A stretch of 64,000 nt of DNA from Mytilus trossulus (Eukaryota). Position 1 is the first letter of the stretch; every line of letters begins with the position of its first letter. A program made the position numbers and the translations under genes. Positions 25,019 through 37,720 of this stretch are shown piece after piece. Under the pieces are notes generated by a model. It saw nothing but the letters and a program-made list of their open reading frames with translations. It did not search any database and had not been told where the DNA came from. The DNA lies in the NCBI RefSeq assembly GCF_036588685.1, contig NC_086381.1, forward strand, positions 13,640,001 through 13,704,000. The letters are read 5' to 3'.

Positions 25019-27049
25019 TCTTGTTTCATTTTCTGCTATTGTAGTAAATATTTAATAAAAAAAATATCAATCGACTGCTCACCTAATGATATGGGGAAGC
25101 CGGACATATGTTTTTGAATGACATAATAGGTTTCTTTTCTTTTGAATATGAACAAATTGTAAAGCAGATATTCGTAAATTGACTTCCGATATGAGGGAGA
25201 ATAAGATAATTAAAGATTAGTAAACCCCTTGTTTAGCTCATTGGTATTTGAGGAAATTAGAATCAATAGTTCTCTATTAAAATTTGACGATTATCAATGG
25301 TTTAGATTGATACAATATGGACAAGCGTTGATGACAAAAAAAACATTATACCGATCATCTCTCCCACACAACCTGATCACAAACGGTTTACCAATCGTTT
25401 CCTCCAGTTCTTCCTTGCATCTAAGAAGCTTCTTAGCCAATGATAAGAGTAAAATATAAAAAATAAGTAACCTTTACCAAATTAGCAGCTATTGTCATTT
25501 ACTTTTGGTTGCAATGTCATTGGGTGCTGTCACACAATGTGTATTCCATATTGTCATGTCAAAAAAAGTTTGGTCATGTCATCAACGCAAAAAATGGTGA
25601 CTAAATGATCATGATAATATCATTAGAAATGTTGCGAAGAGATATGACTGCAACTTTACAATTAATAACTCTTTTTTTTTTAAATCTTCTTTGTATCAAT
25701 GATTTCTTAATAAAAAAAAATCTAACTAGAAGGTATGTACTTCATATGCAGGTGCTTGCTCGGATCTTTTAATTATTAACTAAAAAGGGAAATTCAAAAT
25801 GGAATCTTAATTATTCATTTAAAATTCGCAATTTCTTTGTCATTAAATTAAGTCCTTCACCTTTTTAAATTTGTAATTTTCATCAAAATATAAAGCAGAC
25901 TGTTTCTATGGTATCTTTTATTTTAAGTTCAATTATATAGATGTGTTAACCAATTATCTAAATATCATTATATGGTTATATTTTTGTTGCTAATGGGCAA
26001 ATAATCCTTTCTATATATTTTAAAAATCTATGAATAATAAGTTAGCTGCTATTCAACAAATATTCTTGATTTTAATAGAATAGTGACTATTATGACTTAT
26101 ATATAATACAATTAATGGGGAAGGTTACCAAATGCTAAAATCTTCTAGTCATCTGGTCGGTACTGCTACCTAAGTTAGTTATCATTTTTTCCTTTGGAAG
26201 GATCCTCGAATAGTATTTAAACATACTTTCAAATGTTTAAAACAACATAGAAAACTGACAATGATGTTTTTCCTTTCCCTCATATATGTACATTGATGGT
26301 GACATTTTATCAAAATAACAAACGCATGTGACGTCATTTTCATTTAGCGTCAGTGTCATGTTTGGTCAATACGCAATTTTAATGTCTTGTTGAATGACTT
26401 TAACGAGCTCATTACTTTAAAAAAAAAAATTAGATTGGTCAAAAATTAATCTAAAAAGTTTGTACAAGCAGGTGTAAACAAACTTCAAAATACAGTTTGT
26501 AGATTCTTCAGAGTGGGACAACTGTATAAAAAAAGAAAAATTTTGGAAAATAGATTGCCAAATGTACCTAATTAGAGCGATATTGAACAGACACTAAACG
26601 TGGAAGAGTAGATATACACCCATAAAAACTAAAAAGACACAAAACACATATCTTAGAGTACTCATAGTTACTGACAGCTAGATTCGTTTAAATCTAATAA
26701 CTACTAATAAAATAAGCATGTGTCTAGGACTAACAGTAGCGGATTCAGGGAGGGGAGGTGTCCGGGGATTTAATTCCATTTTTTGACAATCAATGCTTTA
26801 AACTGAGGACATATGGTTGAAGCATTATCTTTCTCTTATCCATCAGTTAGACCCTCCTTTTAAAATGACTAGCTTTAGCTATCTGTCCCTGACTCATAAT
26901 CGTGCCTTGATTAACCATATGAATAGGCATCATTAAAGTATTCTAACGAGAGAAATACTTTATGCATATCACAGACAAGCAGGAAGTCATCATCATCTCC
27001 AAATAATTCCAGGAGTCGTAGACGACTGTAGCTATTTAAGTCTTAGATA

Positions 27050-27305
27050 TATTGATGTTAAATGTACTGTGCTCTATACATTTTATAAACAAATATTGAT
27101 GTTAAATGTACTGTGCTCTATTCATTTATTAACACATATTGATGTTAAATGTACTGTGCTCTATACACGAAAAAACAAATATTGATGTTAAATATACTGT
27201 GCTCTATACATTCATAAACAATTATGAATGGTAGATGTACTGTGCTCTATACATTCATAAACAAATATGCTGGTAGATGTACTGTGATCTTTACATTTAT
27301 AAACA
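27050..27305 (+). repeat. ~43-bp tandem repeat, 6 copies
   Basis: Same unit as 3988-4153, starting at 27054, 27098, 27141 and 27184, plus two diverged copies. Confidence 0.9.
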
Positions 27306-28966
27306 AGCTTATCATTAGAAAACTTTCTCTTCCCTCTCTGGTTATCAAGAGGGGATACATGTTTTCCTGTCACTAAGTATGGTTTCCTGCTGAACGTGAT
27401 GTGATCCCGGAAGTGTATTGTATATACAAAATGTAAGGCTAAACTAAGAAATCATTCTTTAACATGTTTAATACTTAGCCTTGACAGTACGTACGTTGAG
27501 AAATTATACATAACAAAATTGGAATGAATAGATTGTTTTGAACATGTCCAGTAATATTAACGTATCAAAATTTTAAATGTCTCTGGCAGAATTATGTTAC
27601 ACTATTGGTGAATCTAAGACAAAACAATAATATGTTTGCTTAAACGGAAAAAGAAAATTACCTTTAAAACGGTAATGCTGACTACCTTTAGAGATTTCTG
27701 TTAACAATAAAAGGTGACAGTTTCATTACTTAACACGCACCTTATCAATTAACATTGAGATATTTTTACTTACTTATGACATAGAAAACATTTCTAATGA
27801 AACAATTACAATTCTTTACTTTGTCACGATATGTAAACATTATTATAGAAAGAAAGAGGAGTTTTCGAGATAAAACTAGTACTAAGTAGGAGATATGACT
27901 ATATCCACAACATTCAAGGTATTACTAAATGGATTAGGTGTCGTCTACTTGTACGATTCTTATACGCTTTTGAATAACTTCGAGAGCCATCGAATAGAGA
28001 TACATTTTATTAAAAGTGCGCGTTAATTGCATTTTATCTAGAAGCCTGGTGATGTTGTTCTTGTTTACCTCTACTAGCCATGATAAACATGAAACGAAAC
28101 GAAACAAAACAAATGCAAAATGTCCACGTGAAGTTAGCCAAAAAAAGACATTATAACATTTGCCAATGTATGTCTCTCTCGTTAAGCCTGCTATTAACTT
28201 TTTTTTTAAATCTTTAGTAGAGTGATCTTTATATATACATGTATATAATCTCTCGCCCACTTGTAAAATTCATTACAGCTTAGATTTTCCATATATGAAA
28301 GCCGATGTAACTTTTACTTTGAATTCAATCACACGAGAGAAAAAGTAATATCCTTTGCCTAAGATCAATAGTCGGTCATATCTATTTCGCGTGAAAACAG
28401 TACAGGCAATCAATACATCGGCGGAACTGCTTCCCTGAGGAAACTATAGAACTCTTTTACACAGATTTACCACCATTATCAATAGTCTGATAGAAACCAA
28501 ACGTAAAAACTGTAAATCGGTAGGACTAAAAACTTATTTAAAATTGTACAATTCACTCTGGAAATTTTTACTTATTCAAATGGATTTTGACGACATTGGA
28601 AAGTAGATTTCAGAATTAGATAGTAAGTAATTAACATGGGAAATACGAAGATCAATGGGTTAAGAAAACGATCAAGTAATTGAATTATAGGAAAATGAGA
28701 AATATTGATTCACTACTCTTCCTTCAATAAATGTGAAATAGTTAAATGTGCTTTGTTTACACTTGCTCTTAATTAGCAACACGTTATAAATGTCAACCGA
28801 TATCCATATTGAACAGCACTTGGAAATTGTTCATCAAACGATCAATGTAAAGGCCGTGTCGGAGACTGAAATAAACGTTGTTACCTATATTCAAGGTTAG
28901 AAATTGGAGATAAAAAAAATCCCAACAAATGTTTCTTTTTGGAATATAGTGGCTCATAATATAATC

Positions 28967-29779
28967 ATGAGTATCCCAAGGAAAACTTCTATTGACAGAC
29001 GTGGAGTAAAATCTTTATTTATAAAAACTGTGCCGAAAATAATTCTTGATGGTTCCGAAACTGATGGAATTGGCTCTCAAATGCCGCATTCCCGATCAGC
29101 AGGTGAACTAGCTATGTGCCTTGATTTTCCACCAGAAAGTAGTTTATCCCGACAATACCAATCAAGCAGTGGTCTCAGTATGGAATCAAGAAATCAAATT
29201 GATATATATTGCTCACCACGAATGCACCGAAAAACTTTCAATATTAACAATGGTTACCAAGACGAGGACTTTTCTTGGTTGGATACTACCGATCCATCAA
29301 ATTCACAAAATGCTCTTGGTGTAGGGAGCAGGTTAGGCAGTGCCCTTTCATTAACAAGTGAGTATACTTCTAGAAGTATTGGACTGATTTCAAACGATTC
29401 ATCGTCTGACAGTACACAATTCACTGACAAAATTGAACAAATAAAACAAAAACAAAGTCTTTTACGCCGCTATTTATCAAATCCCGAAAAACCTGCAGAA
29501 GACAGGGAAAATACGGTTCAAAGAAGCACACAATCAGTCAACAATCTTCACAACAAAACAGAACATTTTGAGGAATCTATAAGTGACGATAGCATGGCCG
29601 ACCCTGTTCCAACTTCCGGTTCGGACAGTATACCAAATGAAGCGAGTGAATTAAGGCGCCAGAGATACGAAAATGCTTCAGATAGTAATTCTCATCTGGT
29701 AACTATGATAACTGATGATATACACGTAAAAGAAGGTAGGATAAGACAATGGTTAACTTCAATAGGAAACCAAGAGTAG
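28967..29779 (+). CDS. Uncharacterised 270-aa Ser/Asp-rich, probably disordered protein (single coding exon)
   Basis: Longest non-repetitive ORF in the window. First ATG at 28967 (ATCATGA). Composition is protein-like, but no domain is recognised. Confidence 0.8.
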   Translation: MSIPRKTSIDRRGVKSLFIKTVPKIILDGSETDGIGSQMPHSRSAGELAMCLDFPPESSLSRQYQSSSGLSMESRNQIDIYCSPRMHRKTFNINNGYQDEDFSWLDTTDPSNSQNALGVGSRLGSALSLTSEYTSRSIGLISNDSSSDSTQFTDKIEQIKQKQSLLRRYLSNPEKPAEDRENTVQRSTQSVNNLHNKTEHFEESISDDSMADPVPTSGSDSIPNEASELRRQRYENASDSNSHLVTMITDDIHVKEGRIRQWLTSIGNQE

Positions 29780-30662
29780 AACAAAAATGGTCGACAAGGC
29801 AATCATGTGATCCTTCCGGTGGCTTCGGCTTTCCATGGTATAGCAATCAATGATATTTGAATTGTTTGAGATACTGTAATAATTAAACGTTGATTTGTAA
29901 AGCTTTTCTTCTTTAATTTACTAAATAATCTATTGCATCACATCGTTTTATCTAAACTCTCAGTGTAGACTACCTTTATCGATCAGGCCTGGTACTTCAG
30001 TTTTGTTTAAATTTTCAAAATCAATACACAAAGTCGATATAGGTATTCATTGAGAAAATTCTTTTAAACATAACGATAGAAATACACTTATTGGTTCAAA
30101 CCTGGAACATGAGTCATAGCAGTATTTTTCATCATCAAGAACAACTTTAGATATTTTAAATACAAACAAGGAAACACTATATCTTCATCATCGATATCCT
30201 TAAAAGACCAACAACTTATTGTATATCGATGTAAGCAACATCTGTTCCTAATCATATGGTCTTATCTCATCATTATTAGCAAATCAAATATTTGTTCAAC
30301 TGAATTTTAAATATTCGACAATCGGTAAATTTGGAAATAAATTTGATTAATGTCGCTTATGATGGTAGATTATACTATACATTTGATGTGTATGAACATA
30401 CACGAGTTGTTTCCTTAGTTGTTATTGGCTTTATAGTAGCTGTCAGTAACTGAGATTCCTCTCTGATCTGTACAAAGTGTATTTTTTGTAGGGATGTATA
30501 ATTACCCTGCCATGTAATGTCTATGTTTTTCTCCTTTGTATCAATCTGATACATTCAGCCATTTTCAACTGATGTTCCTATGTTGTGCTGTTAAACCTTT
30601 TTCGAAGATGAATGAAGGGTTCGCATCCCACTAACATGTTAAATGCTGCCTCATTCTGTATG

Positions 30663-31080
30663 AAGTTATCAAATGTACCAGGATTATAAATTAATACGCC
30701 AGACGCGCGTTTCGTCTTCATAAGACTCATCAGTAACGCCCCGATCAAAATAGTTATAGTTTCAAAAAATAAAAAATTGCAGAGCATTGAGGACTCACAA
30801 TTACAAAAAGTTGTGCCAAAATATGGCTAAGGTAATCTATTCCTGGGATAAGAAAATCCTTAGGTTTTCGAAAAAGTCAAAGTTTTGTAGCAAGAAATTT
30901 ATTAAAATGACCATATAATTGATATTCATATCATCACCGAAGTGCTGACTACTGGGCTAGTGATACCCTCAGGGACGAAACGTTCATCAGCACTAGCATA
31001 GACCCAGTGGTGTTAATAGTTATCAAAGGTACCAGGATTATAATTTAATACGCCAGACTCGCGTTTCGTCTACAAAAACA
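30663..31080 (-). mobile_element. Retrozyme-like element, ~1.15 units of 354 nt, intact hammerhead at 30696-30739, 8-bp TSD
   Basis: Minus strand GCGTTA CTGATGA GTCTT-ATG-AAGAC GAAAC GCGC GTC^TGGCGT. TCTGTATG at 30655-30662 and 31081-31088. Inserted inside another repeat (~30540-31400). Confidence 0.88.
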
Positions 31081-31761
31081 TCTGTATGTGCTTGTCCCCA
31101 AGTTATGAGCTTGTATTTTAGTGGTTTCGTTTTTTGCTGTATATCATATTTGTGTTCGATCGTGTATTTGTTTTTTTACAAAAATCAGGCCGTTAGCTTT
31201 TTCGTTTAAATTGTTTTACGTTTCTTATGTCGGGGGTATTCATATATAGCAAATTTACAGATCAACCATTGTTGGGTTGATGTTTAGACGAGTTGTATCT
31301 ATATATATATATATATATTGGTTTTGTTCTTGTTGAAGAGCGTACAGTTACTAATAGGTGTTAACTTATTCGTCATGTATTTGTTTGTTGGGAGCTGTCT
31401 AAATGCAATCTTTTTATTTATACATTGAAGACTCCGTGTAAGCTGAATATGCATTGACAACCTTTATTGAATAATGAAGTAGAAATGGTTGTTTTTACTA
31501 ATAGGATAAACTATCTACTTGTCATACACAGTAATTTCTTCAGACAGAAAACAATATTTTGATATCCTTTTTTGTCAAAAATGATTTGTATGTAAGTGTT
31601 TTAATAAGACCGACATCAAAGTCTATTACAGATTCAAATCTGTATCCATAAACATTAAACTATTAAGAGTGGAAATTATACTTTAAGTATTCTAGGAAGT
31701 AAAAATTGGCTAACCAGTATTTGCTATATCATATATTGCGAGATGTAATAAATGGTTTCAA

Positions 31762-32464
31762 ACTTTACAAAAATCTTCTACTCTGAAACTACTGGGCCAA
31801 ATTATTCCAAACTTGGCCACAATCATCATTGGGGTATCTAGTTAAAAAAATGTGTCCTGTGACCTAGCCATCCAACCAAGATGGCCGCCACTACTAAAAA
31901 TAGAACATAGGGGTAAAATGCAGTTTTTGGCTTATAACTAAAAAACCAAACCATTTAAAGCAATCTGACATGTAGTAAAATTGATTATCAGGTCAATATC
32001 TATCTGCCTTGAAAATTTCAGATGAATCGGACAACCCGTTGTTGGGTTGCTGCCCCTGAATTGGTAATTTTAAGGATTTTTTTCTGTTTTTGGTTATTAT
32101 CTTGAATATTATTATAGATAGAGATAAACTGTAAACAGCAATAATGTTCAACAAAGTAGGATTTACAAATAAGTCAACATGAATAAAATGGTCAATTGAT
32201 CCCCTAAGGAGTTATTGTCCTTTATAGCCAATTTGTATTTTCATAAAATTTTTGAATTTTTACTAACATTTTCCACAGAAACTACTGAGCCAAGTTCATT
32301 AAAGATAGAGATAATTGTAAGCAGCAAGAATGTTCAGTAAAGTAAGATGTACAAACACATCACCATCCCAAAAACACAATTTTGTCATGAATCTATCTGC
32401 TTCTTTTGTTTAATATTCACATAGACCAAGGTGAGCGACACAGGCTCTTTAGAGCCTCTAGTTT
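31762..32464 (+). mobile_element. Helentron-associated (HINE-like) element, 5' truncated, one core unit
   Basis: Same ~500-bp core and the same 3' end (CAAGGTGAGCGACACAGGCTCTTTAGAGCCTCTAGTT) as 57933-59717. Confidence 0.8.
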
Positions 32465-34247
32465 ATTTTACATTTTTATTTTTTCGTGGTAGCATTATTG
32501 ATTGTAGATAAAATATATATTATTTAAGAGAGTGGAAGAATACCAAATCCATATCGTTTGGTAACTCCTGTTGACATTTTGAGGTCAAAGCAATTTATTT
32601 CTCTGCTGATGCGAAGTTTTAAGACATCTTGCTGTCTGACTAGAATCCGAATAATTATAGTCGTTATATTTCAGGAAGACAGTATGTTTCAACCTAGTTA
32701 AAATGGAACTAGTTGTTATATGCACTGTTTGACTTTACCATACAAATATACTGTATCAGTTAAAACTTCATACATTTGAATTTCCTCAAATCTTAAGATA
32801 GATATTTCAAATAGAGTATCAAATTCAAATCAAATGTCATTATAAGGGACTTTACCTTAAAGTACTGTCATTATCAGGGGTCCATAGATAGGAACAGTTT
32901 GCAAAACTGCACAAAACTTAAATACAATTGAACTTCGCAGTATATAATCTTGTGCTGAATACGTTAAACTGTTTATTTGTCATCTATTTTCAAGGGGGAA
33001 AATTAAAAACATTGAAACAAGCGATTGATTTATTTACTTTCAGATTGTATTTTAATCTTTGGCATTTAACAGCAACTTAAATGTTGACGATACAAAACTA
33101 TGACACTGATTTTTTTTTTAATCGAAATATGTATCGAACAAAAATTTCAATCATCTAGATCTATCGCTTTTTTTTTATATAGGAAAACCAACTTAAACAT
33201 GTTATTTCAAACAAATGAATTCACGTAGGAAAAACAGAAGAAAGTGTGATAAAGTATGAATAGGTTCTTTATTTATTAGTTTTAATTAAGTTTTACTGGT
33301 TGAAATAGCAGTATCCATTACTAGTTTCACTTGTATCTATCTGTAGAGCCTTGTCAAAAGGTGCAATATACCGGGCTTCTATCATTTCTATCAGGCATAG
33401 TTTACCTTAAATATATTGACTACTATTTTATATCCTTTTTGGTCAAATATCTCATAAACTGTTTTGGTCATTGTTTTCTTTCAAAAGTTTTGCGTTGAGC
33501 GCTACTGATGACGGTAAATCTAGAAAGCGCTATGTACGAATTAGATTAATACAGTGGGATATTCTTTATTTGCTTTATAAACATATAGTATAGGCAAAAC
33601 TGTGCATAACCATAGGCTTTCTGAAACTCATGAGGTTTCGACTGGACTGTTCATTTAAACATAAACTTGAGATAAAATATGTATTAACAAAAGTACCGAA
33701 CTCCAATGTAAATTGAAAAAGGTGGAAGTCCATAAAACCCGTCGAATTAAACGCTCAACTATATCAACCATAAAGAAAATAAACCTCTGCTGTTGTCTGC
33801 TCTATGGTCGGGTTGTTGTCTTTTTGACACATTCAACATTTCCATTCTCAATTTTATTTAAACAATTAAAAAAATTGATTAATTTTTGTTTGATTCAGTT
33901 GAAAATATTCTATATAGATATATTTAGGATGAAGGACAAATAAGAAATTAATAAAATAGGTAGGTTCTAAAAAATAAAATCGGGAATTACGAGATAGTAC
34001 ATTTTGAACGCCATTTAAAGGCTTGGCTTTTAAGGTTGGGCAGACATTTAAGATTTTCCTCGTAACAGACATAGAGATTCCTCGGATAATTGAAAAAATT
34101 GAAGGGTAGCGGCTTTAATCGAGAGTGTGCGTATTTATATATCCAGAATAAACAAAGGAACTGCAAGGATTTTAATAACAAAGATGATCATATATCTTTA
34201 CTCCAGTCAACCATCGTTCAAACAAAGAAAGCCAATGTGCCGATATA

Positions 34248-34797
34248 TACCATCTTCGCTAGTCAATGGTAAAGATCCACTCCCGTTCACTTTACCCTTG
34301 GCGGATTGAGATAAAATTTCGGAGACACAAGGTAAGGATTTTTATTGGTTGCAGTAAAACCTCGCTGCATCCAATCAAAAAGCGCATATAACATGATCAC
34401 GTGTAAATGTAGAAAGTGTTTGTAAACAAATACCACGTGTTTATTGCGCAACAAGTCTTTACATCACTAAACATACGACTATATATTTAGTGACAAATTG
34501 AATGGTTTTAATCAACTAATAGAAGTTCCTGTGTATGTTTCATGCACAAAAACATGAATGTCAACGTGTATTATCGTTTCCGGCTTTATCAAGTGTGTAC
34601 AATCTAGACGCTACCGTGTTTTGACCTCCAAATTAAAGAGTTCAAGTGCTACCATTGGTAAAAAATGATGTATTCGGAATAGCGTGACTTTAATCTTCCG
34701 ATAGATGGCGCAACATTGATACCACAAATGAAAGCTCAATCTGCCAAAGGTGAAGAGAATGGGAGTGGATCGTAACCCTTGGCTAGCGAAGATGATA
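34248..34797. mobile_element. MITE, ~550 bp with ~63-bp TIRs and TA ends
   Basis: TACCATCTTCGCTAGTCAATGGTAAAGATCCACTCCC...GGATTGAG matches the reverse complement of CTCAATCTGCC...GGGAGTGGATCGTAACCCTTGGCTAGCGAAGATGATA. Confidence 0.85.
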
Positions 34798-35995
34798 AAT
34801 ACGAACAAAAAAAATCAGAGAGCAACCTATGAAAACCACTTGATTCCAGTTTCATGGTTTTGATAAGTCACATAAAGGATGTGGCGTTGTCAAACTGTTT
34901 TAGCCCTCAAACACTTACTTACCAATAATAGTGGCGAAACAATACTTGACAAAATGTTGCAATGATATATGAATTATGTTACGTTAAAAGAAAATAGGAA
35001 ACATTAAAAATGTATGACAATTCCAATGTCTGTGGTTTCCAATTAAGGTATTTATATTTAATTGGTTTCTCCCAATTTTTTCGTTGAATCAAAGTTTCAT
35101 TAATACACGTACCACATACAATAATTTTTTGAATGTTTATGTCTCTTATTAGATCTGACGTAATTTTGTATCAATCCATAGCAGAACGGAAACATTGGTC
35201 TGTGTCTGATCAAAAAAGACCAGACAGCTGTCTTTCTATACACTATTTATCGATAGTTCCGAAGAATTTGAAAAAAAAAAAAATGTACTACAATACTATT
35301 TATTCGTAGTGACGCATTTCTTTGACTTTGGAATTAACTTTTTCATACGGAACGGACAAGAAATAATCATGAAGGATAAAAAACATGAATTGAGACATGA
35401 TAAATCATAAACAAATAGCTTAACGTTTCTCGTTGTGACGTATATTCAGTTATAGTTGAATGTCTGATATATTTTATTGGACATTTATAGTCATTATAAC
35501 CCATCTAGATTCCAGATAGTAATTTAATTATTTCACATTATTCATTCTTTTGTTTTGGAGGTTGATCACTGATTTAATTCGTTACGCTTTTCGAGAAGCT
35601 ATTGATTTTTGAAGTTGAATCAGGAATGGATGCTTCCTCTCACTGATATTCTGATACACCTATAGAGATAATTAATGAAACGATAATGTATCAAGTTTTA
35701 ATTGTAATTCTATATACTGCTGTATTACGTTACATTTAACCTTAATCTTGTTTTGTTTATAGATTATTAAAAAAGCACCCCTTAAAAGTTATACCACTTG
35801 TAGGACCACTGAACATTTGTGACGTCATCTTAACATAAGATAATGAATTAAAAACTGTCAATGTTTTGAAAGAAAAGCAATTGACAATCATTTGTTGACT
35901 GGCAACCCATAAAACAGTTATGCAGTTTTAAAACGTTGCCAATATATTCGAAATGAAGGCATGATTAAATCTTGAACGAGTTTTAGATGTGTTAA

Positions 35996-36724
35996 GGTTT
36001 ATGTACCCTTCTGTAGCCATTTTTGTACGAATTTTTCAAACCTCAATTGTATCAAAACTAAAGATATAATGAATAATAATTTAGTACATATTCCAAGGGG
36101 AAACTTGATGCAAAGCATTATTTTTTACTGTTTCATTGCATTTGAAAGAAAAAGAGGACTTTGTGGCAAATAAATCAAGATTTTTATAGAAAATCCACAG
36201 CCTTTAATACAGAGATTTTTGTTACAAAATTTGAAACATAAATTACTCACTTGATTTTCTATGATGTGCTAGTGTTTATTTTTTACCAAAAGTTCTAAGT
36301 AACCTGTAAATTCCAAAACACCTTGTGCTGAGTCACTAAAGTCGAGCGCACCCTAAAAGGTGTACTTGATTTTGGCCATATTTATACTTGTCTTAACCAA
36401 TAACTACATTTATAAACTTGTTTCAAGGAAATCAATGCTAGCACTGCATGCACTAATCCTATATCTATCAGTCATCAAATTGCCACATAGGAGAGTACAA
36501 GGATAAAGGCTGTGGATTTTCTATAAAAATCTTGATTTATTTGCCACAAAATCCTCTTTTTCTGTTAAATGCAATGGAACAGTAAAACATAATGCTTTGC
36601 ATCAAGTTTCCCCTTGGAATATGTACAAAATGGTCTGTCTCTATCATTAATTATATCTGTAGTTTTGTTATAATTGAAGCTTGAAAAGTTCGTACAAAAA
36701 TGGCTACAGAAGGGTACATAAACC
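35996..36724. mobile_element. Non-autonomous TTAA-specific DNA transposon (Kolobok-like), ~210-bp TIRs
   Basis: TTAA-GGTTTATGTACCCTTCTGTAGCCATTTTTGTACGAA ... TTCGTACAAAAATGGCTACAGAAGGGTACATAAACC-TTAA. Purine termini plus a TTAA TSD fit Kolobok better than piggyBac. Confidence 0.88.
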
Positions 36725-36779
36725 TTAAAAGAGAACTTACTTTGAAATATTTCGCGGATGACAGAGTGTATTAGGATTT

Positions 36780-37011
36780 TATAATAAAACTTTGAAATTT
36801 TGAAAGACTAAGGATTATCTCATCCCAGGCATAGATTACTTTAGCCGTATTTGGCACACCATTTTGGAATTTTTGGGTCCTCAATGCTCTTCAACTTTGT
36901 ACTTGTTTGGCATTATTGCTATTTTGATCTGAGCGTCACATATGAGTCTTATGTAGACAAAGCGCGCGTCTGGCGTATTAAATCATAACCTGGGTACCGT
37001 TGATAACTAAT
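36780..37011 (+). mobile_element. Retrozyme-like element, truncated, hammerhead core inactivated
   Basis: GAGCGTCACATATGAGTCTTATGTAGACAAAGCGCGCGTCTGGCGT: both CTGATGA and GAAAC are mutated. Confidence 0.8.
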
Positions 37012-37319
37012 TATCCTACTGTAAAACAAATAAGAGGTATAGTTAGCTGCTTTTACCAGGTTTAACTCGTCATTATCTACAATTTCATTTTTTTAAATAC
37101 CTTGTATCATTTCCACTAAAGCATTAATATTCGACTACGTCTATTCTTATATATTTCATTTTATTACAATACGAACTCTATTTTGATTATTTTATCTAGG
37201 TGTACACCCGATAGTGATTTATGAAGGTGTTAGGGTCATAAAATATCAGAGTTAATAAGAAAGCAGATGAAATATAAAACTACAGATAGTTATCAAATGT
37301 ACCTGGATTACAATTTAAT

Positions 37320-37363
37320 ACGCCAGACACGCGTTTCGTCTACATAAGACTCATCAGTGACGC
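37320..37363 (-). ncRNA. Type I hammerhead ribozyme
   Basis: GCGTCA CTGATGA GTCT-TATGT-AGAC GAAAC GCGT GTC^TGGCGT. Confidence 0.85.
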
Positions 37364-37676
37364 TCAGATCAAAACAATTAAAAAGCCAAACAAATACAAA
37401 GTTGAAGAGCATTGAGGACCCAAAAATTCCAAAAAGTTGTGCCAAATACGGCTAAGGTAATCTACTCCTGGGCGTAAGAAAATCCTTAGATTTTCGAAAA
37501 ATTCAAAGTTTTGTAAACAGAAAATTTATAAAAATGACCATATAATTGATATTCATGTCAACACCGACGTGCTAACTACTGGGCTAGTGATACCCTCGGG
37601 GACGAAACGTCCACCAGCAGTGGTATCGACCCAGTGGTGTAAATAGTTATAAAAGGTACCAGGATTATAATTTAAT

Positions 37677-37720
37677 ATGCCAGACGCGCGTTTCGTCTAC
37701 ATAAGACTCATCAGTGATGC
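37677..37720 (-). ncRNA. Type I hammerhead ribozyme, core intact, stem I weakened
   Basis: GCATCA CTGATGA GTCT-TATGT-AGAC GAAAC GCGC GTC^TGGCAT. Two CpG-type transitions create stem I mismatches. Confidence 0.75.

Larger units (their letters stand above)
23740..27215 (+). repeat. Segmental duplication, copy 2 (paralog of 170-4153)
   Basis: Colinear with copy 1; see the matching intervals listed there. Confidence 0.9.

Noticed and set aside
28904-28966. TTG-initiated N-terminal extension of the 291-aa ORF
   Set aside because: This is a eukaryotic locus; the first ATG in good context is at 28967.
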